Positions 17,165 to 27,328 of a stretch of DNA of 64,000 bases are shown piece after piece. The translations under genes were made by a program, and so were the position numbers. The notes under the pieces are model-generated. The model made no database searches, was not told the origin of the DNA, and saw only the letters and a program-made list of their open reading frames with translations. The stretch comes from Trypanosoma brucei (lineage: Eukaryota), in contig CM000208.1 in assembly GCA_000002445.1 (NCBI GenBank), positions 2,528,001-2,592,000 on the forward strand, read 5' to 3'. How positions within the stretch are numbered: position 1 is the stretch's first letter; each line of letters starts with the position of its first letter.

Positions 17165-17947
17165 CTATTCGTCATCACCACCGCTGTGCTCTTGGTTGTC
17201 ACCAAGAGCCTCTTCGTAGTCACTGTTGCCTATGTTTTCATCATCGCTCTTTTCTGCATCGGCCATATCTTCATCATCACCCTCATCCTCCTCCCTTTCC
17301 TCCTCCTCCTCCTTCTCGCGGGCGGCTCGCCTCTCGCGTTCCCGTCTGAGTTCTTCTAGAGCATTGACCAATGACTCCCGTTTCTCCTCCTTCTCGTTGG
17401 CTTTCTTCACGGACGCTTCGGTGGCTCGTGCCATAACCCTCGCAGTCTCCATAGACTTGTTGCACTCGCATATCAGAGCGGCAGTCACATTGGGAAAGTC
17501 AGGAACCTCCTGTTTTATATCTACACCACTCCTAATAAGAAACTTGACAGCATCATGTGAGCGACCGAGAACCGCCCAATGAAGCGGTGCAGCGGGGTAA
17601 CTGCTTCTTTTGCTTGGTTTAAACTGAGGTCTTAGGGTACCAGCACCACAATCTTCCACACAGCGGAACGTAAAACCAAAATTCTCTTTCGTTTCTATTA
17701 CATGCAGCGTACCCGTTGTCTCTAAAAGCTTTGCCACTTTCTGGCGATGTTTCTTCTGCAAATCCATCTGTTTCAAAAGCCCAGTCATTTCTCCAACATT
17801 GTCGTCTTCTTCGTCCTCTAGTTTCTCCTCATAAGCCTCACTGGCTTCCTCCTCTGCCTCCTCGTCCCGGAGAAAGGCGGACACAAGTTGTTTCATGCGC
17901 TGCACGTCATCATAGTACGCGGCGGTGCACAGATCCCTAGGGCGCAT
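17165..17947 (-). CDS. ankyrin-repeat-containing protein with acidic Glu/Asp-rich segments
   Basis: First ATG at 'cat' 17945-17947 (MRPRDLCTAAYYDD...); the track start is GTG. PLHWAVLGRSHDAVKFLIRSGVDIKQ is ankyrin-like. Acidic runs EEAEEEASEAYEE and EEEEEREEDEGDDED. Confidence 0.65.
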   Translation of the reverse strand: MRPRDLCTAAYYDDVQRMKQLVSAFLRDEEAEEEASEAYEEKLEDEEDDNVGEMTGLLKQMDLQKKHRQKVAKLLETTGTLHVIETKENFGFTFRCVEDCGAGTLRPQFKPSKRSSYPAAPLHWAVLGRSHDAVKFLIRSGVDIKQEVPDFPNVTAALICECNKSMETARVMARATEASVKKANEKEEKRESLVNALEELRRERERRAAREKEEEEEREEDEGDDEDMADAEKSDDENIGNSDYEEALGDNQEHSGGDDE

Positions 17948-18196
17948 TGTGTTCCCGCTCCACTCTACTCCCACAATTCCCTTATAAGTACCACAACGAA
18001 GAAAGAAGAAATGTATAAGGCAGCCAGTTTTGAGGGGGGAAAGAATACCCAAACAAATTACCACAAAAAGTGAGCACACTCCAAGAATGCAGCTCACGTC
18101 AGGCACACACAGCAGTAATTAGAAACCAACACAGACCGCACTACTCCAAATAAAGAGTTATCTCCATGTATACGGCACCACGACACTAACTTCACC

Positions 18197-18487
18197 TCAA
18201 GCAGGAGGGGCCCGCCGCGACGCGATCGCCCGGTGTATTTCCTCCCGCGAAGAAAGGCTTTGCGCGAGCGCCTCCCGTTGCGCAAGCATCGCCTGATAAT
18301 CCGGATTGCTCTGAAGACCATCCACACCACTATAGTCCGTCACAGTGGAGTACTGTGAGAGCACCAATATCTTAAACAGGAGACCCCCGAAGAGGATCGC
18401 ACAACAAATGTATGCGTTACGCCTTGCGCCATGGAACCCGACTACTTCCTCATACACTGTGAAGGGTTTGTAATATGCACGAGGCAT
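18197..18487 (-). CDS. small (96 aa) single-pass membrane protein, hypothetical
   Basis: The ATG is genuine. One hydrophobic helix AYICCAILFGGLLFKILVL. Good processing context: the minus strand has a polyY tract tcatcttttttttttcactctctttattttct, then AG, then a ~45-nt 5' UTR, then the ATG. Confidence 0.5.
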   Translation of the reverse strand: MPRAYYKPFTVYEEVVGFHGARRNAYICCAILFGGLLFKILVLSQYSTVTDYSGVDGLQSNPDYQAMLAQREALAQSLSSREEIHRAIASRRAPPA

Positions 18488-18883
18488 TTCAAGTAAATTT
18501 TCCAGCGCACAGACCTTCCCCAGGTCGGAGGACTAGAAAATAAAGAGAGTGAAAAAAAAAAGATGACTGTGCTCAGTGCTCCACATCCTTAATGTTGCCA
18601 CAGGGGGTGGAGCAATAACGGAGGAAAAGAGGTTAAGAAGGTGTACTATACCACATGCAGTCACTAGTCCTGGCACAACGAAGGTCCATAGTCTGGTAAT
18701 ACGATTGCACAGTAAATAAAAACTGTGCGGCAACTGCTATGTCTCCCGCCCTCATTGTGTTGCGGCTCCCACGATAACAAACAAACGAAACAATGCATCC
18801 AACACTACAACAGACGGGTGACGTTATGCAACAACGACAGCACTAAAAAATAGGAGAACACCAAAGCGGAGTGCATACACGTC

Positions 18884-20311
18884 TCACCATTTCAAACTAT
18901 GCACCCCACCAGTATTGAGTGTAGCCTCAAATTCACGTTGACGGTCTGTGAAGGTGCAGCTCCAAAGAGATGAACCAACCTGCTTCTCAACCTCCGCGAA
19001 AGCCGCTAGCGAAAAAGGTGGCGGTCCATCCCCCACATCGCGGTTGCTGGCCACCGACGTGCCCTCCATCCCACCACGAACTTCCATTGTAGGTTGGCTT
19101 CCAGATATATAACTAATAAATGCACTTTTTGCTGCAGCAGTGGTTTCTACATGAGACTGGGTCGTCCCGTTCCGCGCCTGCCCTCCACCGTTCAAGCAGC
19201 CCTCCGGGCATGCCATGAGCTCAATGAACGTGTACGATGCAACAGAAGCTAACTTGCGTTTAATGCCACGAACAGTGTTTTGAATTTGCTGGAACCCATA
19301 CGCCACGCAGAACACCTCACCGGGGTTGCTAGGGCTCGTAGTCAAGTGATGATTGGCATTCCTCTTCATCTCGTAGTGAATATCACGTGGAGCCAACTCT
19401 AAGCCGTGTAGCTCACACGCGGCGCGGTGCATGGCGTAACGGTGGTAACCACCACTCCCTTCCATAGTCGCAGCGAATGAACGCTTCGGTTCCTCTGGGG
19501 GAAGTATCGGCAAGGGCTCCAAATCGGAATCCAGCGGCGCCTGCCACGGAAGTGAGGGGTCCACTTCAAGCATCCAATCCAGTAACTCCTGCGTGCTCAA
19601 AACAAAGTCAGTGTACCGCTCACCACTGACAGAAGATCCATCTCTTGCTGCCTCAAGCTTACGGTCAAAGCAGGGTTGTACAGACACGTGACACATCTGT
19701 GGGATAAGTGTCTTGGAGTAGCATCCTGCAATACCCTGCGGTGACATCACTGGACATAATAAGGGCAAGATCGCTGCCCCTTGCTTCTCACAATAGCATA
19801 CCCAACCGGGGCAAGCCGAAACTATTAAGGGAAGCCTCTCGCGTTCACATCTCACTCGGCGACAGTACTCCTCCGCCGTCTTCTCAACAGAGATGCGCAA
19901 TGCCCAGTGAAGATCTGAAACATAGCGAGCGTTCAAAACAGCACGAAAAAACCCGCTTACTATATGAAAAGCCCTCTGTACATCTGTTTTAAGAAAGGCT
20001 GCGATAGAAGCGGCCGATTGATCACTAATCGTTACGAAGAACGGCCTTGTGGGATCGAGCGCACGGTCCTTCAAGAGTTCCTCACGAGATTGAGAAGTGA
20101 TAAGAATGGTCTCTGCTGTTGTCACACAACCACTGCACGCCAGACAGTCTTGGAGGGTTATCTTCACTGCTTCATTACCGGCACCGTGTCTCTTAACCGA
20201 GTCATCACTTGTCCCTCCCTGAAGCTTTGTTGGGAGTATGCACGCCTCAGATGGAGCAATGTAATCCATCCCTGCCAACATGAGTGAGGCGGAGAAATTG
20301 TTGGCCGACAT
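18884..20311 (-). CDS. Nar1/NARFL-type cytosolic Fe-S assembly factor (iron-only hydrogenase-like)
   Basis: ITLQDCLACSGCVTTAETILI, SACPGWVCYCEK and MACPEGCLNGGGQ are the characteristic Fe-hydrogenase/Nar1 cysteine motifs. First ATG at 'cat' 20309-20311 (MSANNFSAS...); the track start is GTG. Confidence 0.85.
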   Translation of the reverse strand: MSANNFSASLMLAGMDYIAPSEACILPTKLQGGTSDDSVKRHGAGNEAVKITLQDCLACSGCVTTAETILITSQSREELLKDRALDPTRPFFVTISDQSAASIAAFLKTDVQRAFHIVSGFFRAVLNARYVSDLHWALRISVEKTAEEYCRRVRCERERLPLIVSACPGWVCYCEKQGAAILPLLCPVMSPQGIAGCYSKTLIPQMCHVSVQPCFDRKLEAARDGSSVSGERYTDFVLSTQELLDWMLEVDPSLPWQAPLDSDLEPLPILPPEEPKRSFAATMEGSGGYHRYAMHRAACELHGLELAPRDIHYEMKRNANHHLTTSPSNPGEVFCVAYGFQQIQNTVRGIKRKLASVASYTFIELMACPEGCLNGGGQARNGTTQSHVETTAAAKSAFISYISGSQPTMEVRGGMEGTSVASNRDVGDGPPPFSLAAFAEVEKQVGSSLWSCTFTDRQREFEATLNTGGVHSLKW

Positions 20312-21651
20312 CGCTCCGTCTGGAAGCACGAAGTAACTGTCATGTAATGAATTAAATCGAAAATAAAGAAACAGAAGATTGGAACACGCATTTTTGAAGA
20401 TAGTTGCAGCACTGTAGTAAAGAAGACAGCAACCGCCTCGCCAAAGCACGACTGAGTAATCACAGGTGGCATATGCGCAAGAGCTCCGCTAAGCAGATGC
20501 ACAGGGACGAGAAGAAGGAAAAAAAAAGTATACCGTCAGCCACATTCCTCCGCGTCAGGAAAAGGCAAACCGCCGCAAAAGGTTTTGTGGACAATAAAGG
20601 GCGTGGAAGAAACTTAAAGGCACAAAAGGGAAGAAACCGGAGGGACAACGAGTTATACATACCCGGTAAAGGAAGTTTTAGCAAACCCAGAAAACTAGAA
20701 GGCAGAAGGGGCGTCCCCTCTTCAGTGTGCTTGCTTCACTTTCACCGAGACACTTTATTACTTTTCACGGTAGCGCACACACTAACAATTCACAATATAT
20801 GTTCATATACAAAAATATATGTGGTGTTGTAAAACATGAATGACAGGCGTAGTGTCTCATCGTCCCTCCGTCAACATATTCCTCGGTGCTCTACAGCGGG
20901 AACTCGGGGCCATGATAAAAATAATGATAACCCCCTCCCCCGCCCCCTCCTTCAAAAAGGTGCAGCACAAAAATAGCAGGGTGCATATGCAACCAGTAAC
21001 ATGTTAACTCCGTAAGCACCCGAAGGAACACACACAGGTACGCATATACATGTGTACATCCAAATCAATGGGCGCACGTGCAGGTGCATGTGCGCGTATA
21101 TGAAATGTCTCCCCGTGAGGGCTAGTTGAGACATGACAAAGGGGGAACACTCAAAAATAAGCAGAGTAACAACAAATAAGAAAAAAGAAGAAACTATTGA
21201 CCCTGATTCAAACTTAAAACACGCAGCGTCACTTATTCGGTGGTGCAAATAAATATTTATTTATACGGATGGGAAATCCTATGAATAAAAAGGCACAAAC
21301 CCTACTGCGACTCACACGAAGGGCCTCATGCATGCACACCCCTTCCAACCTTAAAAATAAAAATAAAAACGATTCCTATTCATATATATATGTATATGCG
21401 CGTATGATTCTACCTGTTGATTAACATGCATAGGTATGTAAATATGTACATGATTGCATCCCTTGCCATTTTGAAGGGACATACGGGCGCGCGCGCAAGC
21501 ATACTTATACCTATACTCGCAGAAAAACACGCGCACGTAGTGGTTCTGTATTTGTGAAGCTGATGAAAAACGATTAAGGGGCTGTTACGGCTCCGAACAG
21601 ATCTTCAACAACTCCGCCAGGCCCGACACGCTCGCAGGTGGTTCAACATAT

Positions 21652-22251
21652 TCAGTTGGTGCGAGCTGCCGCCCTAACCTTTTCCAAGTGTTCCTCATAT
21701 TCCTGTAGCCGCTGCAAGAAAGCCAGGTTAAGGGAAATGCATGGCCGCTTATCCTTCACATCATTGTGCGCATCACAAAACGACATCCCCTCCGACTCCA
21801 TTAAGTACGCCACTACGATAGCGGCACTTCTGGACATGCCGCGGCGGCAGTAAACTAAAATACGGCCATTGCGAGTTGCGCCCCGAATAAATTCGAAGGC
21901 GTCCTCAAAGTGATGTACAATATCTTCATCGAGAGAATCACTCAGTGGGATGGACTTGCTCGTAACAAATGGTACAGACTCGACACGATGCATCTCCTCT
22001 GTGTCCACCAACTCGCGTGCGACGTTCAGCGTGTGTGTAATACACATCTGACGCAGTAACTTTTCATCTGCGGCATCGCGCCATGTACCAACAAAAATCC
22101 TTTCACTGATACCACTCATAGGCACGCATTTGGCAGCGCTACAAGTCTCGTTGAGCTCTTCCTCAAGCGCGCGTTCCGCGCATTGATACACAAGCTCCAG
22201 GTTAAACGCAGGAAGACAATTCTTCGACAGTCGCTCGCGAAACTTCAGCAT
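21652..22251 (-). CDS. dual-specificity protein phosphatase (DSPc domain)
   Basis: Active-site motif VYCRRGMSRSAAIVVAYLM (HCxxGxxRS). First ATG at 'cat' 22249-22251; the track start is GTG. The true start may lie further downstream (see findings). Confidence 0.8.
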   Translation of the reverse strand: MLKFRERLSKNCLPAFNLELVYQCAERALEEELNETCSAAKCVPMSGISERIFVGTWRDAADEKLLRQMCITHTLNVARELVDTEEMHRVESVPFVTSKSIPLSDSLDEDIVHHFEDAFEFIRGATRNGRILVYCRRGMSRSAAIVVAYLMESEGMSFCDAHNDVKDKRPCISLNLAFLQRLQEYEEHLEKVRAAARTN

Positions 22252-22294
22252 GCGCCCACACAGCAGAGAAAACGGATAATAATAACAATAACAA

Positions 22295-22316
22295 ATATAT
22301 ATATATATATATATAT
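22295..22316. repeat. (AT)11 dinucleotide microsatellite in 5' flank of the phosphatase gene
   Basis: atatatatatatatatatatat seen directly, 44-65 nt upstream of the ATG at 22251. Confidence 0.95.
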
Positions 22317-23495
22317 TAATGAAAAAAGAGTAAAAATAAAATGAAATAATGAAGCTTGTTGACGTTTTCAAAAAATTAAATAAAGAGTCAGGGCACTGTT
22401 CGGCGTTGTGCCTTAACACACACTGTTACTCTCGCTTGAATGCCGCTCACTTCCACTCTGTGACCAGTGGCGGGTCGTACGAAAGGCAAAGGGATGGTAC
22501 ACAAACAAGTGAATAAAATGTACCAAAGATCGTAGCAACTGGTGTGAAGCACAGTTAACGGAAAGAGTTTTCGTGTGCAATATCTTGGTGACCGCTCCTC
22601 TCGTCCAATATTTGCTCAGTCGTTACCAATCTGACCCGCCCCTAGCGAGGTTCAAACCGCGTGTACGCGCGTATGGATATGGATGCGCAGACCAAGGTGC
22701 TTTGCGCAGCTGTATTCGCTAGCTGGCCGCAGCGACGCTGCAATATACGACCGAACACTCAGAAACAGGTCCCCAATTCGCGCACAACAATAGACGATTA
22801 CGGTTGTGGTGTATATGTATGTATAAGCGTCACACAATAGACTGAAAGTAGTTTGTTAGCACCCCGCTTTTAATGAGTAAAACGCACGCACACACTGGGG
22901 CTTTCTCGGCTCTCCCTTACCACCTGCCTAGTAGATAGAGAGGGATGGAAGAGAAACCTACGTACTTCAAGGCTTTCCTCCCCGTATATTAGGCTGAGGC
23001 CTGAATCTACCAAAATCGGGATATAAAGGTTTCCCCACCTACACACTAATACACTAAAATTGCACGTTGCTTTCTCCTAATCTTTCTCCGTTTATGGTAA
23101 CGCTACACACATTAAATGGGTTCACGAGCATGGCAAACCGCGGTGTCGATGTGGCGTGGAAACGATGAAATAAGTAAGGAAAAAAAAAGAGGAATCTATA
23201 CGGCACCCCACCTTACCCAGAAGCAAACAAAGACAGCAGCTCTCGGTACGGTAATACCCGTTCAATACGTAGTGCAGTATTATTGTACACGGGCAGAGCA
23301 GCACTTCTCCCCGCCCACACACACCCAGGTTCATCACCTCTCCCTTCCGCACGAGCTGGTGCCCACCCAAAAGCTGTAAGCCAACACTGCCTGCATTTCT
23401 TTTCCCTTCATTACTATGTCGAGCCAGTGCATTTAACGACAAACTCCCTCGATACCCCGTCCAAAGTATAACGAGTAGACGCTTTCTTTGTTAAA

Positions 23496-26477
23496 TCACA
23501 CAAGCGGAATGGAAAGCTGGACACTGTCCGAAATGCAACAGGGCCAGTCACCCGCCGCAGTCCTCCTCGACATCAACTCCAGCAACTCGTCACACAGAAA
23601 GTCACCAGCAGCACTGGGAGAAGCACTCAGCAATTGAGCCTCCACATCAGCCAGCCGCCTGCCATGCCGCTCGTCTGCTGCACCAGCAACCTCCATACGA
23701 TCTTCAGAGCGGACGGCTTCACAATGCTCGCATTGGGGTACCTGAGAAGTTCGACTGAACTTACCGCAGCAAACACAGCACCACGGCGCATATTGCAGTG
23801 TTATCGTGTCAGCGGACCTCCGCGTCCCGCAGCCGTGCCGCTGGCAGTAGCCGTCCCAGCTGTTGTTCACACTCCTGCATACGACGCACTGCCAAACATG
23901 TACCTCCGTCGATGGTACAGCAGGATGCAGTGCATAACAGCGGCGGCAACACCATCCGTGCACGGCCACGTCGCCACAAACCCCGCAGGTCCACGCCTCG
24001 TGGCGATTGAACAAAACTGGATCTAGGCGATGTACCCCACAATGCATGCACACGTCGCTGCAATTCCTCTCCGGTTTAGTCTGAAGGAGAACCCCCTCAT
24101 CATCGCGGTGGTTATGACGGCCCCCGCACGCGTGGCAGTGCCAAGGCACGTCAGGAAGTAAAGGGAGAAACTGCGAGAGCATACCCATGGGCCGCTGGCA
24201 GTTTTGGCAGCTTCTGGCACTGTCTGGTGTGAGGGAATGGCAAAATGGGCAGCGCCACAGACGCCTCTCAAACGCAGCCACATCCCTAGGATGTGGGGCG
24301 GCACACGCTGGACACTCGTCTCGCAACCCCAGACGACGAAGACGAAGCCGCCACCATTCGCGGCAGTAGACACATACACAACTTGCATCCGCCTTCCCGA
24401 AACTGCACACACTGCACCACCGACGAAGCGGACTGTTCACGGCACCACAACCACATTTCCACTCAAAAAAACTTGCCGCCCAACCCGTATCGCCAGCACC
24501 ACAGTCCATACAAGTTTGAACCTTTGAATTGTTTCTGGAGACCCCCAGTTGAGAATAAGAATGGCAATAATCACACGCCCAAAGGCACGGTGTTGCGGCG
24601 CCACCGTGGGTCTTTACACACAACACTCTGTTGTCATGCTCCACAGAGAGCCCGCGAGGATGGGGATGGCTACAAGCAAAGCAGGTATCAATGTAATCCC
24701 CCGAAGAAGACACCCAAGAACAATGAGGACACGTCCATGCATGTTCGACCAAATGACGCGAAACACAAGCAGCGCACGAAACAGCCCCCAACTGGATGGG
24801 ATTCACGCATTCACAACCACAAGTCCACGAAGACGCGGCCTTCATCCCTGCCTTAAGCCCCTCTGCCTCACGCTCTAGCTGATTTAGCGAGAGCCAAGGT
24901 AGGAAGCTGGTTAAGTGCGTTAGGGGAGCGTCACAGATGGTCATACGCAGCGGTCTCCCAATCAGTAATCCCCATTTCACCAGTTCACCAGCATACTTCC
25001 CCAGGGCGGATGCAGACCGTACAACATCAAACAACGCGGAGGCTATGCGTGCGCCTAAATTCACTATTCCGTAGTGTGCCGCGCGGCGATGATGCGGATG
25101 ACCACTGGCAGCAACGTACATCTCATCTCCAACAATCTTCCGATGGCTAAGTAGCACCTCCAACTCATTCCAAATAAAGCTGCGTCGATTGTCCCGCGCC
25201 TCCGCGATGGCCTCCTCACAGAGCAGTAATTCCAACACGGCGGCCACAGTACAAACGTCCAAAAGTCCTCTCATCGGACCGAAGTGTAGCGCCTTACACT
25301 TGGCTAACATACTGCTTACACCAGCATCCCGGAGGACCCTCAACAAACTACAAGCGGCGACTGCTGCAGAATCGCATGCCGAAGATGCTCCAGCTCCACC
25401 TGAGTTTCCCCCCTCTTTGCAAAAAGAACGAAACACACTCATCATCGTTAATATGGCTTCTCGGTAGCGATCACCTTCCGCGTTGTCGTTCCTGGCGAAG
25501 ACGCATGCGTTCATGAGAATCCCCGCTGGCCGTGTCATCAACGCTGAGATGTCAGTTACCTTCCAATTCAGTTGACGGAAGAGCTTTCGAAAAGCAAACG
25601 CCGCGTACTCAAGTGTTGATGCCCACCGCTCATCACGACCCATTCCTGACTCCCGTCGCCCAGGTATTGTGAGGTAATATTCAAACACATCAACGTCATT
25701 CACCAAAGCGGTGCCACACGTAGGCATAACGAGTTCCTCACCCTCAACAGCAGCACGGAAGAACTCTGCATACTGAAGGAGTCGGCACTGCTCAGAGTAC
25801 AGCTTACGAAGCTTGCGGACCAGGACGGGTGGCATGCGCGTCACGGTGACGTCATCAGCAAGGGGTGGAAGAAGCTCCTGCAAACGTAAAACATCGGTAT
25901 AGTAGTCCCGAACAATTGCTAGAAGTTCCCGGTGAGCCTGATCAAAAGCCGATGGCTCCGCAAATGCAGGGTTGGAAGCGATTGCAAAGAACACCTGGTG
26001 CCAGTAGTGTAACCGTTCACTTGGTTCAGCTGCCCCGCCATGATCAATGGCGGCACGCCAGGTAGATGGTAGCAAAGAACGCAACGCGGAGACATCTCCT
26101 CTTATCACAACTGTCGGCGAGCTCCCCGCACTGTCACGCCACAACCAAGGCAAGTGGTCGTGGTGAACGGAGGGCACTAGGTACCTGGCGATCTCACGTC
26201 TCCTGCGCTCATCCATCAGCGCACCTCGTCGGTAGAGCAACTGAAGGAACGGAATTAGCAGGGGGCGGTTGGCATTGTTAAGCAAGGCCTCGGGTGAGTG
26301 TTGAATAGCCTCCGTACTGGTGGTGAGCGCCGTAAAGGAAAGTCCATCATCCCACAAATCGGCAGATATAACAAGTTGTAAGTCGCTTGAGGCAGCGCCC
26401 ATGCCAATCGAGTGCTTTTTCGCATATCGACACGTGGCAAATATGCGCTTTGGGACCCCTGACGGTTTCCTCAGCAT
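23496..26477 (-). CDS. large protein with C-terminal array of ~8 RanBP2-type zinc fingers (W-x-C-x2-4-C-x3-N-x6-C-x2-C)
   Basis: Repeated WTCGCECVN...CAAC, WTCPHCSW...CFAC, WACDYC...CMDC, WKCGCGAVN...CSVC, WRCPFCHS...CQNC, WHCHACGG, WTCGVCGD...CRRC and WQCVVCRSVNN...C. The ATG at 26475-26477 is genuine. A second ATG at 26400-26402 gives MGAASSD. Confidence 0.8.
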   Translation of the reverse strand: MLRKPSGVPKRIFATCRYAKKHSIGMGAASSDLQLVISADLWDDGLSFTALTTSTEAIQHSPEALLNNANRPLLIPFLQLLYRRGALMDERRRREIARYLVPSVHHDHLPWLWRDSAGSSPTVVIRGDVSALRSLLPSTWRAAIDHGGAAEPSERLHYWHQVFFAIASNPAFAEPSAFDQAHRELLAIVRDYYTDVLRLQELLPPLADDVTVTRMPPVLVRKLRKLYSEQCRLLQYAEFFRAAVEGEELVMPTCGTALVNDVDVFEYYLTIPGRRESGMGRDERWASTLEYAAFAFRKLFRQLNWKVTDISALMTRPAGILMNACVFARNDNAEGDRYREAILTMMSVFRSFCKEGGNSGGAGASSACDSAAVAACSLLRVLRDAGVSSMLAKCKALHFGPMRGLLDVCTVAAVLELLLCEEAIAEARDNRRSFIWNELEVLLSHRKIVGDEMYVAASGHPHHRRAAHYGIVNLGARIASALFDVVRSASALGKYAGELVKWGLLIGRPLRMTICDAPLTHLTSFLPWLSLNQLEREAEGLKAGMKAASSWTCGCECVNPIQLGAVSCAACVSRHLVEHAWTCPHCSWVSSSGDYIDTCFACSHPHPRGLSVEHDNRVLCVKTHGGAATPCLWACDYCHSYSQLGVSRNNSKVQTCMDCGAGDTGWAASFFEWKCGCGAVNSPLRRWCSVCSFGKADASCVCVYCREWWRLRLRRLGLRDECPACAAPHPRDVAAFERRLWRCPFCHSLTPDSARSCQNCQRPMGMLSQFLPLLPDVPWHCHACGGRHNHRDDEGVLLQTKPERNCSDVCMHCGVHRLDPVLFNRHEAWTCGVCGDVAVHGWCCRRCYALHPAVPSTEVHVWQCVVCRSVNNSWDGYCQRHGCGTRRSADTITLQYAPWCCVCCGKFSRTSQVPQCEHCEAVRSEDRMEVAGAADERHGRRLADVEAQLLSASPSAAGDFLCDELLELMSRRTAAGDWPCCISDSVQLSIPLV

Positions 26478-26750
26478 GGCGCCGCTCCCATTCGTTAGTT
26501 ACGCGCAAGCGCATCGACAAAAACACAGGTAAAAACGAAAAAAAAAGAGGCACAAAAAGTTAGAATGAAGAAAAATATGATTTTTCTTTTCAGTGGAAAT
26601 AAGGAGGTTGGGAAACAGACACGCGGTGGAGGAAGGCAATATTGCAACCATGAATAACAATGGGTACACGCGGAAGGGCTTATTTCCGTTATTGACTGCC
26701 ATCAAACTGTACAAACCAACCCTGTCGACAAAGGTGGTCCTCCAATGTCT

Positions 26751-26761
26751 CCCCCCCCCCC
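26751..26761. repeat. C11 homopolymer (G11 on the transcribed minus strand)
   Basis: Seen directly. Confidence 0.9.
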
Positions 26762-27043
26762 TTCTCGACACTTTATTTCTTAAAACGAGAGAGAAGGTGT
26801 CAAGACGAGAAAAAAAAAGTGAGCCCTCCTTTCCAAGAAAACCAGGCAGCCAGGTTCGAAGATACAATGAGAGCTACGGACACACGGGGACATTTATGGT
26901 CCCGGAAATTCGTGGTGAAGTTACGCGTAGTCCCCCTCCCCCCGGGAGCGGGACAGAAAAAAACGTCTCCACGGAACACCGAGAGCTCCATCATTCCCCT
27001 GCACCATGGATATCGGTCACCTCCTTTCCTTCTGCTACCGTGT

Positions 27044-27067
27044 CCTCCCCTCCCCCCCCCCCACCCC
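27044..27067. repeat. C-rich tract including C11 (G-runs on minus strand: GGGGTGGGGGGGGGGGAGGGGAGG)
   Basis: Seen directly in the intergenic region between the 27329 gene and the zinc-finger gene. Confidence 0.9.
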
Positions 27068-27328
27068 GTCCTAAGTGGGTACCACCTCGAATTCGAAGAG
27101 AAATAACAAGAAGGAACGCGCTCTATCCAGACAGGAACAAACATAACCAATCCCTTTTCTTCACGTACGCTCACGCATGGTGAGCAATAGAACATCACCG
27201 CTTCCGGACCGAGAAATGAGCATCGTCGCTAACGTCGACCGTCCACGTCTATTCAACCAACACCTCTCACGTTACACCCCTACGCACCCACCAGTTTGTT
27301 TTTCATGGTCATCCGCACTCACTCTTCC

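Noticed and set aside
20952-21536. 98-aa and 61-aa minus-strand ORFs in the Nar1-phosphatase intergenic region
   Set aside because: They are Cys/His-rich translations of AT-rich, repeat-like DNA (catatatatatgtatatgcgcg). They have no polyY/AG context and no protein-like features.
22640-22670. tRNA-like T-loop motif ggttcaaacc (also ggttcgaag at ~26857 and gggttcaaacgc at ~57280)
   Set aside because: I could build no cloverleaf with acceptor, D and anticodon stems around any of them. The third lies inside a protein-coding frame.
24187-24878. Plus-strand ORFs of 107-187 aa inside the zinc-finger gene
   Set aside because: They are antisense to a strongly supported CDS and are Pro/Arg/His-rich low-complexity translations.
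26593-27198. 196-aa plus-strand and 132-aa minus-strand ORFs over the C-rich intergenic region
   Set aside because: They are driven by the homopolymer and Pro/Gly-rich composition (SPPPPPPRPK / GGGRGGHG). There is no gene context.
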